DNA from: Malacoraja senta
Taxonomy: Eukaryota
Assembly: GCA_038087875.1 (NCBI GenBank)
Contig: CM075994.1
Span: 10,108,001-10,172,000 of the forward strand
Direction of reading: 5' to 3'
Length of the DNA: 64,000 bases
Under the pieces are notes generated by a model, which made no database searches, was not told where the DNA came from, and saw nothing but the letters and a program-made list of their open reading frames with translations. Positions 1-11,170 of the stretch are shown in pieces. Both the position numbers and the translations under genes were made by a program. Every line of letters starts with the position of its first letter. Positions within the stretch are counted from its first letter, which is position 1.

Positions 1-909
1 TACTGGAATTTATCTTGCATTAAACGTTATTCCCTGTATCTGTTTGAGCCATGTGGACAGCTTGACCCTTATTCAGACTGGGAATCGGTGGGAGAGGGAA
101 ACTAGAGTTGTGAGAAGGTGCAAAGAACAAATGAATGACATGTGTGAAAAGACCAAATCAATAAACAATAGACAATAGGCTTCTTCTTCTTGCTTATAGT
201 GTGCACAGCCTAAAGTTATAGGACAACTTGTGGACAAGTTGTGGACAATCAGCCGTGATCACATTGAATGGCGGTGCTAGCTCGAAGGGCCGAATGTCCT
301 AGTCCTGCATAAAAAAATCAAAGTCAGCAACGACGATCAAGGAAAGGTGGATCCCACAATGGTCCATTGTTGGCGGTGGAAAAGATGACAACTATCTTTA
401 ACTGGACTTAAGATAGACACAAAAAGCTGGAGTAATTCAGCGGGACAGGCAGCATCTCTGGAGAGATGGAATGGGTGACGTTTCGGGTCGAGACCCTTCT
501 TCAGACTCTTTACTGGAATTGATCTTGCGTTAAACGTTATTCCCTTTATCTGTTTGAGCCATGTGGACAGCTTGATTCTACAGTCTTTTCATTGACTGGG
601 TAGCACGCAACAAATTGTTTTCCACTATATCTCGGTATAGGTGGCAATAGGTAAATTAAACTAAACTAAGGTGCAAAAAAATTGAGTACATGTGTAGCAA
701 ATGGTCGCTATAGTTAGCGGCACGAGTTTCTGCCTTGCAGCGTCAGACCCGGGTTCGATCCTAACTATGGGTGCTTGTCTGTACGGACTTTGTATGTTCT
801 CACTGTCATCTGCTTGGCTTTCTCCGGGAGCTCCTGTTTCCTCCCACATTCCAAAGATGTACAGGTGTGCCGGCAAAATTAAAAATTAAAAATGACCCTA
901 GTGGGTAGG

Positions 910-1382
910 TAGGATGACAAAAATGCTGGAGAAACTCAGCGGGTGAGGCAGCATCTATGGAGCGAAGGAATAGGTGACGTTTCGGGTCGAGACCCTTCTT
1001 CAGACTGACGTGGGGGTGGGAGGGGCGGGAATAAGAACGGAAGAGGCGGAGACTGTGGGCTGTGGGAGAACTGGGAATGGGAGTGGAAGGAGGGAGAAAG
1101 CAAGGACTACCTGAAATTGGAGAAGTCAGTGTTCATACCGCTGGGGTGCAAACTACCCAAGCGAAATATGAGATGCTGCTCCTCCAATTTGCGGTGGAAC
1201 TCACTCTGGCCATGGAGGAGGCCCAGGACAGAAAGATCGGATACGGAATGGGAGGGGGGAATTGAAGTGCTGAGCCACCGGGAGATCAGGTTGGTTAATG
1301 CGGACTGTGCGGAGGTGTTGGGCGAAGCGATCGCTAAGCCTGCGCTTGGTCTCACCAATGTAGAGCAGCTGACACCTAGAGC
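910..1382 (-). mobile_element. Penelope-like element 3' fragment (GIY-YIG tail + terminus) inserted in a V-SINE
   Basis: Encodes [43 protein letters not shown]; flanked by direct repeat AGTGGGTAGG (900-909 and 1383-1392). Confidence 0.8.
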
Positions 1383-1862
1383 AGTGGGTAGGGTGGTGCT
1401 AATGTGCGGGCACCTCTGGTCGGCGCGGACTCGATGGGCCGAAGTGCCTGTTTCCGCGCAGTATCAGCCATGATCACAATGAATGGCGGTGCTGGCTCGA
1501 AGGGCCGAATGGCCTCCTCCTGCACCTATTTTCTATGTTTCTATCTCTCAACTGAACTGAACGATATCGTTGAACATTGCTACAGAATTCCGCTGATTAT
1601 CATTAAGAAACTAAGCGCCGAGTATATTGAATTTTTTTTTAAAGGCCCGTTTAAAACAAGATGAGGCAAGGAAGAACGTTAACTTTGCAATCTCTGCATA
1701 ATATGGGGCAGACGAGAAACTCATTTACGATAGACCATTTGGTTACCTTTACAAGTCAAGCAGTTTCTGGCTGCAAAGTATAATCTGTCCAGTTAGCGAC
1801 TAAAATTCTGCTGTTGATTTCAGATAAAGGAAAGATTGGGGGAGAGGAGAGAGGGTGGGTGG

Positions 1863-3778
1863 TCAGTCAACCTCGTAAATTGTTGGCCCACTGAAAGAGT
1901 CTCCTTTTCCAGCCTGCGCCCCAAAACCAGACGGCATGTCTGCCCGTTGCGGCCCGAAGATGATGGGGTGACAGATGTTTTCCAGGTCTCGCTGCTGGGT
2001 GTCCACGTCTTCTTTTCCCGCCTCCTGGTTCCACTCCAGCCAAGAGATGGCGGCGTTGCACGCTTCGAACACCTTCCTCTTGTCTTCCTCGTGGACCTTA
2101 CCCTTGGAGTTCTCGCCGTGCGCCGAGCCCTTCATTCGGAGGGCATAGCACGCCAGCGCGTTCTTGGCCGCGATCTTCTCCCGCAGCCGGCCGTCTTGGG
2201 CCCTGCTCCTCTCGCCGTCTTGGGCCAGCCTCTCCACCTCTCCCTGGCTCAGCCTCCCCTTGTCGCCGACGGTGGCAATGGCGCTGGCGCTCTGCTCCCG
2301 CCGGTCTTGTCCAGAGCCGACACGCTCAAGATGCCGTCGGCGTCGACCTCGAACGCGACTTGGAGCTGCGGCACTCCCCAGGGGGCAGCGGGAATCGGCC
2401 GGAGATCGAAATGGCCCAAGCGGTTGTTGTCCTGCCTCACGGGTCCCTCGCCTTCGTACACACAGATGGAGATTTCCGCTTGGTTGTCAGCCTGGGTGGT
2501 GAACACCAGCGTCTGTTTGGTGGGAATGGTGGTGTTCCGCTTGATCAGGGTGGTCATGGCACCGCCCGCCGCCTCCACACCCAAGGACAACGGAGTGACA
2601 TCTTGCAGAAGTAGATCCTGGACGTTCTCCGACTTGTCCCCCATCAGAATGGCCGCTTGGACAGCCGCCCCGTCGGCCACCGCCTCGTCGGGGTTGATGG
2701 TCTTGTTCAGCTCCTTGCCGTTGAAGAAATCTTGCAGCAGCTTCTGGATCTTGGGGATGCGGGTGGAGCCGCCGACCAGGACAATTTCATGGACCAGAGA
2801 CTTGTCCAACTTGGCATATCTCAGGGCTTTCTCCACCGGCTCCAGGGTGCCTCGGAGCAGGTCAGCGTTCAGTTCCTCAAAACGAGCCCTGGTGATTGAG
2901 GTGTAGAAGTCAATGCCCTCAAACAGAGAGTCGATCTCCACGTTGGCCTGGGTGATGGAAGACAAGGTTCTCTTCGCTGCCTCGCAGGCTGTCCGCAGCC
3001 TCCTCACCGCCCGCTTGTCCTGGCTGATGTCCTTCTTGTTTTTGCGTTTGAACTCCTCAATGAAGTGGCTGACCATGCGATTGTCAAAGTCCTCTCCACC
3101 CAGGTGGGTATCGCCGGTGGTGGACTTCACTTCAAAGATACCATCATCGATGGCGAGGATGGACACATCGAAGGTGCCGCCACCCAGGTCAAAGATGAGG
3201 ACATTGCGCTCTTCACTGCCCTTCTTGTCCAGGCCGTAGGCAATGGCAGCTGCAGTTGGTTCGTTGATGATGCGCAGGACATTGAGACCAGCGATCACGC
3301 CAGCATCTTTGGTTGCCTGCCGCTGGGAGTCATTGAAGTAAGCGGGCACGGTGATAACAGCGTTGGTGACATTGTAGCCCAGGTAAGCCTCGGCCACCTC
3401 CTTCATCTTGGTCAGCACCATGGAGGAGATCTCCTCCGGGTAGAAGGTTTTATTCTCCCCCTTGTACTCCACCTTCACCTTGGGCTTCCCAGCGTCGCCC
3501 ACCACCTGGAAGGGCCAGTGCTTCATGTCGGCCTGGACCACGGGGTCGTCGAACCTCCTCCCGATGAGCCTCTTGGCGTCGAAGACGGTGTTGGACGGGT
3601 TCATGGCCACCTGGTTCTTGGCCGCGTCGCCGATGAGCCTCTCGGTGTCGTTGAAGGCCACGTAGCTGGGGGTGGTGCGGTTGCCCTGGTCGTTGGTGAT
3701 GATCTCCACCTTGCCGTGCTCGAAGACGGCAACACAGGAGTAGGTGGTGCCCAGGTCGATGCCAATGGCTGTTGACAT
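1863..3778 (-). pseudogene. hsp70: Intronless cytosolic HSP70 (HSPA1/HSPA2-like) with a frameshift at ~2285-2305; probable pseudogene, or a gene with an assembly indel
   Basis: ORF 3778->2249 has [39 protein letters not shown] and [11 protein letters not shown]. After ...SALDKTG the HSP70 frame shifts (...[16 protein letters not shown]) and continues in ORF 2237->1863, ending GPTIYEVD*. No introns. Confidence 0.9.
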
Positions 3779-4244
3779 AGTTTTTTTTATTTTACTTCTT
3801 CCTTTCTCTTTCGCCGAGCAGGGGAGGTGCCGGTGTCCCAGAAGATCCCTCTCGCGTTGTCGCCCGTCCTCGCTGGCCGCTCACACTGAGCCTTCCAGCG
3901 CCATGCTAGGATTTTCCCGCCCGAATAGACGTCGCTGTGTCAATTGCAGCCGAGGTGTGACTTTCACCAGAACGTGGTGACTACACCGCAGCCAATGGAC
4001 GACGGCGCTACCTTGTTGCCATGCGAACCGGCGGGTAGCAACATTCCATGTCATAAAGGGCACCAATTTCTTGCAGGCGGAGCGGCGGGAAACAGGACGT
4101 CTGTTTCTCGGCAAATCCGCCTTTCCAATTGTGTAGGAAGGAACTGCAGATGTTGGTTGAAGTCGAAGATAGACCAAGAATGCTGGAGTTACTCAGCGGG
4201 ACAGGCAGCATCTCCGCAGAGAAGGAATGGGTGACGTTTCAGGT

Positions 4245-4878
4245 CTATTGTATGATGAAAGAATGGAGCGACTGGACCTGTATTCACTGGAATTTAGAAG
4301 GATGAGAGGGTATCGTATTAAACATATACAATTATTAAGGGATTGGACACGCTAGAGGCAGGAAACATGTTCCCGATGTTGGGGGAGTCCAGAACAGGGG
4401 CCACAGTTAATGAGTAAGGGGTAGACAAAAATGCTGGAGAAGCTCTGCGGGTGAGGCAGCATCAATGGAGCGAAGGAATAGGCTAAGTTTCGGGTCGACG
4501 CCCTTCTTCAGACTGGTGTGGGGGGGCGGGGGAAAAGGAAAGGAAGAGGCGGAGACAGTGGCTGTGGGAGAGCTGGGAAGGAGAGGGGAAGGAGGGAGAA
4601 ATCAAGGCTAGGCTATAACTGAGATGAGGCAGAACATTTTCACACAGAGAGTTGTGAATTTGTGGAATTCTCTGCCTCAGAAGACAGTGGAGGCCGAATC
4701 ACTGGATGTATTTAAAATAGAGTTACATGGAGCCCTTAGGGCTAGCGGAATCAAGGTGTATGGAGAGAAGGCAGGAACGGGGTACTGATTGCGGATGATC
4801 AGTCATGATTACATTGAATGGCGGTGCTGGCTCGAAGGGCCGAATGGCCTACTCCTGCACCTATTGTCTATGTATCTG
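4245..4878 (+). mobile_element. CR1 LINE 3' fragment interrupted by a Penelope terminal piece
   Basis: [22 protein letters not shown] tail and 3' UTR GGCCGAATGGCCTACTCCTGCACCTATT. Confidence 0.75.
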
Positions 4879-5518
4879 CGTTTCAAATTAGTCTCTTGAT
4901 CAGTCAGGGCGGCATGCGGTTGTGGGGAGAAGGCAGGATAATTGGGTTGAGAGGGGAACATAGATCAGCCATGGTTGAATGGCGGAGTAGACTTGATGGG
5001 CCGAATGGCGCAATTCTGCTCCTATCACTTATGAACTTATGAACTAACTCAGACACAAGTGCCGAAGTAAGTCAGTGGGCCAGGCAGCATCGCTGGTGAA
5101 AGAGGATGGGTGACGTTTTGGATCCGCACCCTTCTCCGGAGATGCTGCCCGACCCGCTGAGAGTCCTTTAATGTAAACCAGCACCTGCAGTTCTTTGAAG
5201 ATAGACACTAAACGCTGGAATGACACAGCGGGTCGGACACCCTTCTTCAGACTGGGAGACAGTGGAAAGGGGAACGAGAGATATTGGCGGTACTTCGGGC
5301 AAATTAATGGAAGATATTCAAAGAAAGGTGGAGCCCACAGCGGTGTATTGTTGGCTGTGGGTTTGGTGATAAAACGTTATACAGACGAGTGACACAGACA
5401 GTGTGGGTGATAACGAATTATACAGATAGTGGAGAGGTGATAACGAGTTATTTTCGACCGATCAGACAATTTACAACCTTTGCACGCGTTTTAGCATTTT
5501 GTTTATTTATTTATTTTT

Positions 5519-6040
5519 TACAATAGGTGCAGGAGTAGGGCGTTCGGCCCTTCGAGCCAGCAGCGCCATTCAATGTGAACATTGCTGATCATCCCCAATC
5601 AGTACCCCGTTCCTGCCTTCTCCCCATATCCCTGACTCCGCTATCTTTAAGAGCCCTATCTAGCTCTCTCTTGAAGGCATCCAGAGAACCTGCCTCCATC
5701 GTCCTCTGAGGCAGAGAATTCCACAGACTCACAACTCTCTGTGAGAAAAAGTGTTTCCTCGTCTCCGTTCTAAATGGCTTACCCCTTATTCTTATACTGT
5801 GGCCCCTGGTTCTGGACTCCCCCAACATCGGGAACATGTTTCCTGCCTCGAGTGTGTCCAAACCCTTAACAATCTTATATGTTTCAATAAGATGCCCACT
5901 CATCCTTCTAAACTCCAGAGTGTACAAGCCCAGCCGCTCCATTCTCTCAGCATATGACTGTCCCGCCATCCCGGGAATTAACCTTGTAAACCTACGCTAC
6001 ACTCCCTCAATAGCAAAAATGTTCTTCCTCAAATTAGGGG
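5519..6040 (-). mobile_element. CR1 LINE 3' fragment
   Basis: ORF 5969->5589 with [12 protein letters not shown]...RTRGHS...FFSQRVVSLWNSLP. Confidence 0.85.
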
Positions 6041-6284
6041 TATTATCTGGAACGATAAGTGATGGATCTTCAGAAGTCCAAGTCGCCTTATAAACAAATA
6101 ACACTATTAATGTACATATACTGACTAGATCTAGATCTAGATGTAGAAAGCTGAAAAGTTCTTGGTAGAGCATCACTCAGCACTGGTCAATTTTATACAA
6201 TTTTTACATTTATCAAACCAATTAACCTACAAACTGTACTAAACTATATTAAACAAACTGTACTAAACTGTATTAACAATCTAG

Positions 6285-6730
6285 AAACATTGACATAGAA
6301 ACATAGAAAATAGGTGCAGCAGGAGGCCATTCGGCCCTTCGAGCCAGCACCGCCATTCATTGTGATCAGGGCTGATCGTCCCTAATCAATAACCCGTGTC
6401 TGCCTTCTCCCCATATCCCTTGATTCCATTAGCCCCTAGAGCTCTATCTAACTCTCTCTTAAATCCATCCAGTGATTTGGCCTCCACTGCCCTCTGTGGC
6501 AGGGAATTCCACAAATTCACAACTCTCTGGGTGAAAACGTTTGTTCTCACCTCAGTTTAAAATGGCCTCCCCTTTATTTAAGACTGTGGCCCCTGGTTCT
6601 GGACTCGCCCAACATTGGGAACATTTTTCCTGCATCCAGCTTTTCCAGTCCTTTTATAATTTTATATGTTTCTGTAAGATACCCCCTCATCCTTCTAAAA
6701 CTCCAGTGAATACAAGCCGTCTTTTCAATC
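6285..6730 (-). mobile_element. CR1 LINE 3' fragment
   Basis: Reverse-complement CR1 tail with ACATAGAA-type terminal repeats. Confidence 0.75.
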
Positions 6731-7094
6731 TTGGCCTAGTCTTTTCAATCTTTATTAATGTTTGTGGGAGAAACCGAAGATCTCGGAGAAATCCCACGTA
6801 GATCACGGGGAGAACGTGCAAACTCCATACAGACAGCACCCATGGTCGGGATCGAACCCGGGTCTCTGACGCTACATTTTGCTGTAAAAGGCAGCAACTC
6901 CACCGCTGCGCCACCGTGACCGCCCAGTGTGTGAAGAGCTTGCACGGTTCTTTGTTTGTTTTGTATGCATGTTTTAATTAGAATAAAGTTTATTTTGTGG
7001 GAAACGGCAGCCAACTGAAGAGGGACTGGGCAGGTGGACACAAAATGCTGGAGTAACTCAGCGGCAGCATCTCTGGAGCGGGTCATCCTGATCT

Positions 7095-7705
7095 GAACCG
7101 ACCAATCACGCGGTCAATGGGCGGGCCATCGTGTTACGAATTGACCAATCAGGGGGGCGGACCATCGTGTTCTGGGCCGACCAATCACGTGTCAGGGGCG
7201 GGCCATATTGATGTGAATGGACCAATCACGCGGTCAGGGGGGGCGAGTCATTGTGATCTGATTCGACCAATGACGCGTCAGGGGGCGGGCAATGTGCGAT
7301 GAATGGGCCAATCCCACGGCAGGACGCGGGCCATAGTGCTATTAACGGACCAATCACGCGTCCGGGGGCGGGCCATAGTGCTATGAACGGACCAATCACG
7401 CGTCAGGGTGGGGCAATAGTGCGATCAATGGGCCAATCACACGTCAGAAGGCCCGCCATAGCGATATGAATAGACCAATCACGCGTGCAGTTGCGGGCCA
7501 TCGTGATCTGAGCCGACCAATCACATGGTCAGGGGGTGGGCCATCGTCATATGAATGGACCAATCAGGGGGGCGGGACGGTTTCATCTGGGCCGACCATT
7601 CACGCGCCAGGGGGCGGGCCATGATGATCTGGGCCGACCAATCACACGGGCAAGGGGCGGGCCATCCAGACAGGCCGATCAATCAGCCGTCAGGGGGCGG
7701 GCCGG
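7095..7705 (+). promoter_or_regulatory. Tandem array of 15 ~42-bp units, each with a CCAAT box and usually a GC box
   Basis: CCAAT at 7102, 7145, 7181, 7222, 7267, 7308, 7350, 7392, 7433, 7475, 7517, 7560, 7638, plus variants at 7596 and 7679. Consensus approx. GGACCAATCACGCGTCAGGGGGCGGGCCAT plus ~12 variable nt. The repeat is certain; regulatory function is inferred. Confidence 0.6.
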
Positions 7706-7748
7706 TGATGTCAGAGAGAACAAAGGATTTTGTGAATGGGGCTTTAAC

Positions 7749-7999
7749 CAAAGATCCTATAGAGAAGGTACACAAAAATGCTGGAGAAACTCAGCGGGTG
7801 CAGCAGCATCTATGGAGCGAAGGAAATAGGCAACGTTTCGGGCCGAAACCCTTCTTCAGACTGATAGGGGGTGGGGAGAAGAAAGGAACAAGGCGGAGGA
7901 GGAGCCCGAGGGCTGAGGGATGGGAGGAGACAACCAGAAGGCTGAGGAAGGGGAGGAGACAGCAAGGGCTAGCAAAACGAGCTTGATATAGGATCTTTG
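7749..7999. mobile_element. hAT-like MITE with 13-bp TIRs and 8-bp TSD, filled by a Penelope terminal fragment
   Basis: gctttaac|CAAAGATCCTATA ... TATAGGATCTTTG|gctttaac (TSDs 7741-7748 and 8000-8007). Confidence 0.75.
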
Positions 8000-8979
8000 G
8001 CTTTAACGAGTGAGCGCTCATGAGCGACGGCAGGTTAATTACTAAACACAGTGTTTGCACAACGCGTGGACCTCGACAAAAAATAAAAATAATGTAAAGT
8101 AAAGTAAATTTATTTATATAGCACTTTTCAATCAATTTCAATCAATGAAGCCAAAGTGCTTTACAGAGAAAATTATCAATATAAATGAGAAAAAAAAAGA
8201 GGTAGAAAAAAGACACGACACACTATTAGAGATTCAACACGAACAGCAGAGTCGGGGATTGAAATTTGAATAATGATTTAAAAAAATAAAAAATAAAAAA
8301 TAAATACAATTTAAAAAAAAGACTTTAAGAAAAAATAAATCAATAAACTGAATAAACAAAAATAAATAAATTAAAATCTCTCTTCATCACCGTCTATATC
8401 TGTCGTTTCCCTTTCTTCTGACTCTCAGTAAGAGGCAAAGATCCTAGGATCTTTGGTCTGAAGAAGGGTCTCGACCCGAAACGCCACCTGTTTTTCTCCA
8501 GAGATGCTGTCTGACCCGCTGAGTTACTCCAGCTTTTTGTGGCTTTCTACTGAAGACGCCAGGAATCGGTGGTGAAATTCACCAGCCTCTTCAGCGCGCT
8601 TTTACAACCTCTGGCCGTCTGAGGAGAGGACTGTTTGAAGCAAAGAGCTTCTTTGGTTTGCAGATAAGGACTTCAAAGCTGCACAAATCTCGCGGCTGGC
8701 CGTGCAGCGATGGTCGTTGCGTTCTTTTGCGTTCATGAGACACAGACCACCTCCTGGTGCGGGAAGCTCAAAGCACGAGAGAGAAGGCAGCGATAATCCA
8801 GAACCTCATCAATGAAGGCCCAGAGTACAACATCAGGAGATAGTCCCAAAAATGCTGCAGTAACTCAGCGGGACAGGCAGCATCTTTGGAGAGAAGGAAT
8901 GGGTGACGTTTCGGGTCGAGACCCTTCTTCAGACTGAGAGTCAGGGGAAAGGGAAGCGTTAGATATAGACGGTGATATA

Positions 8980-9883
8980 GGGAAGTTTCACGGTAGTCGG
9001 GTCACGACCCATGACCCGTACTGTTGCTACGCTACGCCAAATGGAGTACACGCGATGAACTGCAGGTAAGCACTGACCATTGTTTCCAGCGTAGCGGGCC
9101 CGTTAAAACCCGCCGAAATGGTCAATTTTTGCGCTGAAAATAATTATGGAAATCGGGATAAGCGTGAGAGACATTTAGCCTACTTCAGAATTCCAAAAGT
9201 GAGGAGAAATGACGGTAGATGGAAGCGAGCGAGAGCTGAAGGGACAACATCAGCCAAAGTGCTTGGCGAACATTGACCGTTTGCTCACTGCATTTCATCA
9301 ACTAAGGCATTATTTGTGTTTTTTCTTGATTCCTTTGGCATCTAAAAAGTTTCAGAAGTGATAAATCTGGCTGTAAAATTTTAAAATCGCCCATGGTTCT
9401 CAAGTGGGGTTTTTACATGCAAAATGAAAACGCCTCTGAAGCAAAATTTACAGCAAGATTTATCACTTCTGAGACTTTTTAGATACGAAAGGAATCAAGA
9501 AAAAACACAAATAATGCCTTACTGTTGATGAAATGCAGTGAGCAAACGCGATAAATCCCAATATTTACAATTCCGATATCTGCACGGCCAATGTTCGCCA
9601 AGCACTTTAGCTGCTGTTGTCCCTTCAGCTGTCGCTTCTCTTTACCTTCATTTCGCTTCACTTTTAGAATTCTGAAGTTGGGTACATGCCTCTCACACTT
9701 ACCCCGACTTCCACAATTTTTTTACGGAGCAAAAATTCAACATTTTGGCGGTTTTTAACAGGTAGGAAAGTACGCGTTTCTTGCATTAATAACATATACC
9801 GGAAGTTACGGATGTCCTCCAGATGGATTGAGCGGCTCCATGCGTCAAGCCCTATGACCCAGTGACCTTACGTGCAACCCACC
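8980..9883. mobile_element. ~900-bp foldback non-autonomous DNA element, superfamily unresolved
   Basis: Long internal inverted arms (~9090-9385 vs ~9440-9765), imperfect terminal IRs, TATA on both flanks. Confidence 0.6.
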
Positions 9884-10759
9884 TATATCACCGTCTATAT
9901 GTCTCGCTTCCCTTTCCCTGACTCTCAGTCTGAAGAAGGGTCTCGACCCGAAATGTCACCCATTCCTTCTCTCCAGAAATGCTGCCTGTACTCCATTATT
10001 TTGTTAGGGGGTCATATGAAATCCATTAAACAATACACGCAAACATAGATTGCCCCGAAGACTGCTGCATGAGAGACAGGTGCACTGTTGTGGAATAAAA
10101 TAAGAGCGGAGGGAGGTCTCCGTCCATCCTGACCCCGGGCTGTGAGCGGCGGGTTCCACTGCCCAACAGGTGCAACGCCTCCTCAGGTTGCACCCGAGAC
10201 TTCCTTAGCGCCGGGTCCCGTCCCTTTCTGTCCTGCCTTAGTCTTTCCCAAGCCCCTTGCTCAGCTTTCGTCTAATCGGCTCAGCTGATGTCTAACTGAC
10301 CATCTCCCTCTTGTGAAGGAAGACAAAAATGCTAGAGAAACTCAGCGGGGGAGGCAGCATCTATGGAGCGAAGGAATAGGTGACGTTTCGGGTCGAGACC
10401 CTTCTTCAGATCTCTGCCTAATCCCATTCTTCTGACCCGCTGAGTTACTTATGGACACACTGATCTGTTCTGTGTTCATGCCTACTATATTCTGTTGTGC
10501 TGAAGCAAAGTAAGAATTTCATTGTCCTATCTGGGACACATGACAATAAACTCTCTTGAATCTTGAATCTCTAAGATCTTTGGTTGGAAGTGGCCAGGAT
10601 ACCTTCACACTGAACACTTGCAGCCAAATAGCATTCATTGCCCGGGGCGGCAGCGTGAGCAGTGAGCACTCGCGGTACTGCAGGGGTTTCAGCAGCTCGA
10701 CGTGAATGAAAACATGTTGAACCAGGAAGCAAACTCTTTGAGTTTCTTCCGGAGTGAAA

Positions 10760-11170
10760 ATGGCTGCGAAACGCTCGGTCGCGAGTTGGACCGAGGAGGT
10801 AGTTTGTACCATCTGCCAGGATTTCTTCACCGATCCGGTGGCGCTGAACTGCGGGCACAACTACTGCCGCTCCTGTATCACACAGAGTTGGGACAGCGCG
10901 GGGAGAAACTCCTGCCCGGAATGTAGAGAGGAGTCTGCAGACCGCACCCTCAGGGTGAATCGGGCCTTGTTTAGACTGGCTGTTAAAGCTCGAGCACTGA
11001 GCCTGAATCTCAAAGCGAAGAAAAGTAAACTTCACTGCGAGAAACATCAGGAAGAACTGAAGCTGTTTTGTGAAACTGACAAGAAATTGATCTGTTTGAT
11101 TTGCACAACAGCGCGGGAACACAAGTCTCACAGTTTAATGCTGATAGAAGAAGCAATTGAATTCTACAAG
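10760..11170 (+). CDS. TRIM A exon 1 (RING + B-box2)
   Basis: ATG at 10760; donor TACAAG|gtaaaa at 11170. Confidence 0.9.

Noticed and set aside
1836..3775. Long plus-strand ORFs (1836-2906, 3065-3775)
   Set aside because: Antisense shadows of the GC-rich HSP70 coding sequence; no independent motifs.
3880..4135. Heat-shock elements and TATA box of HSP70
   Set aside because: No clean triple nGAAn array or TATAAA seen; only a degenerate CAACATTCC and a few CCAAT before a repeat begins at ~4133.
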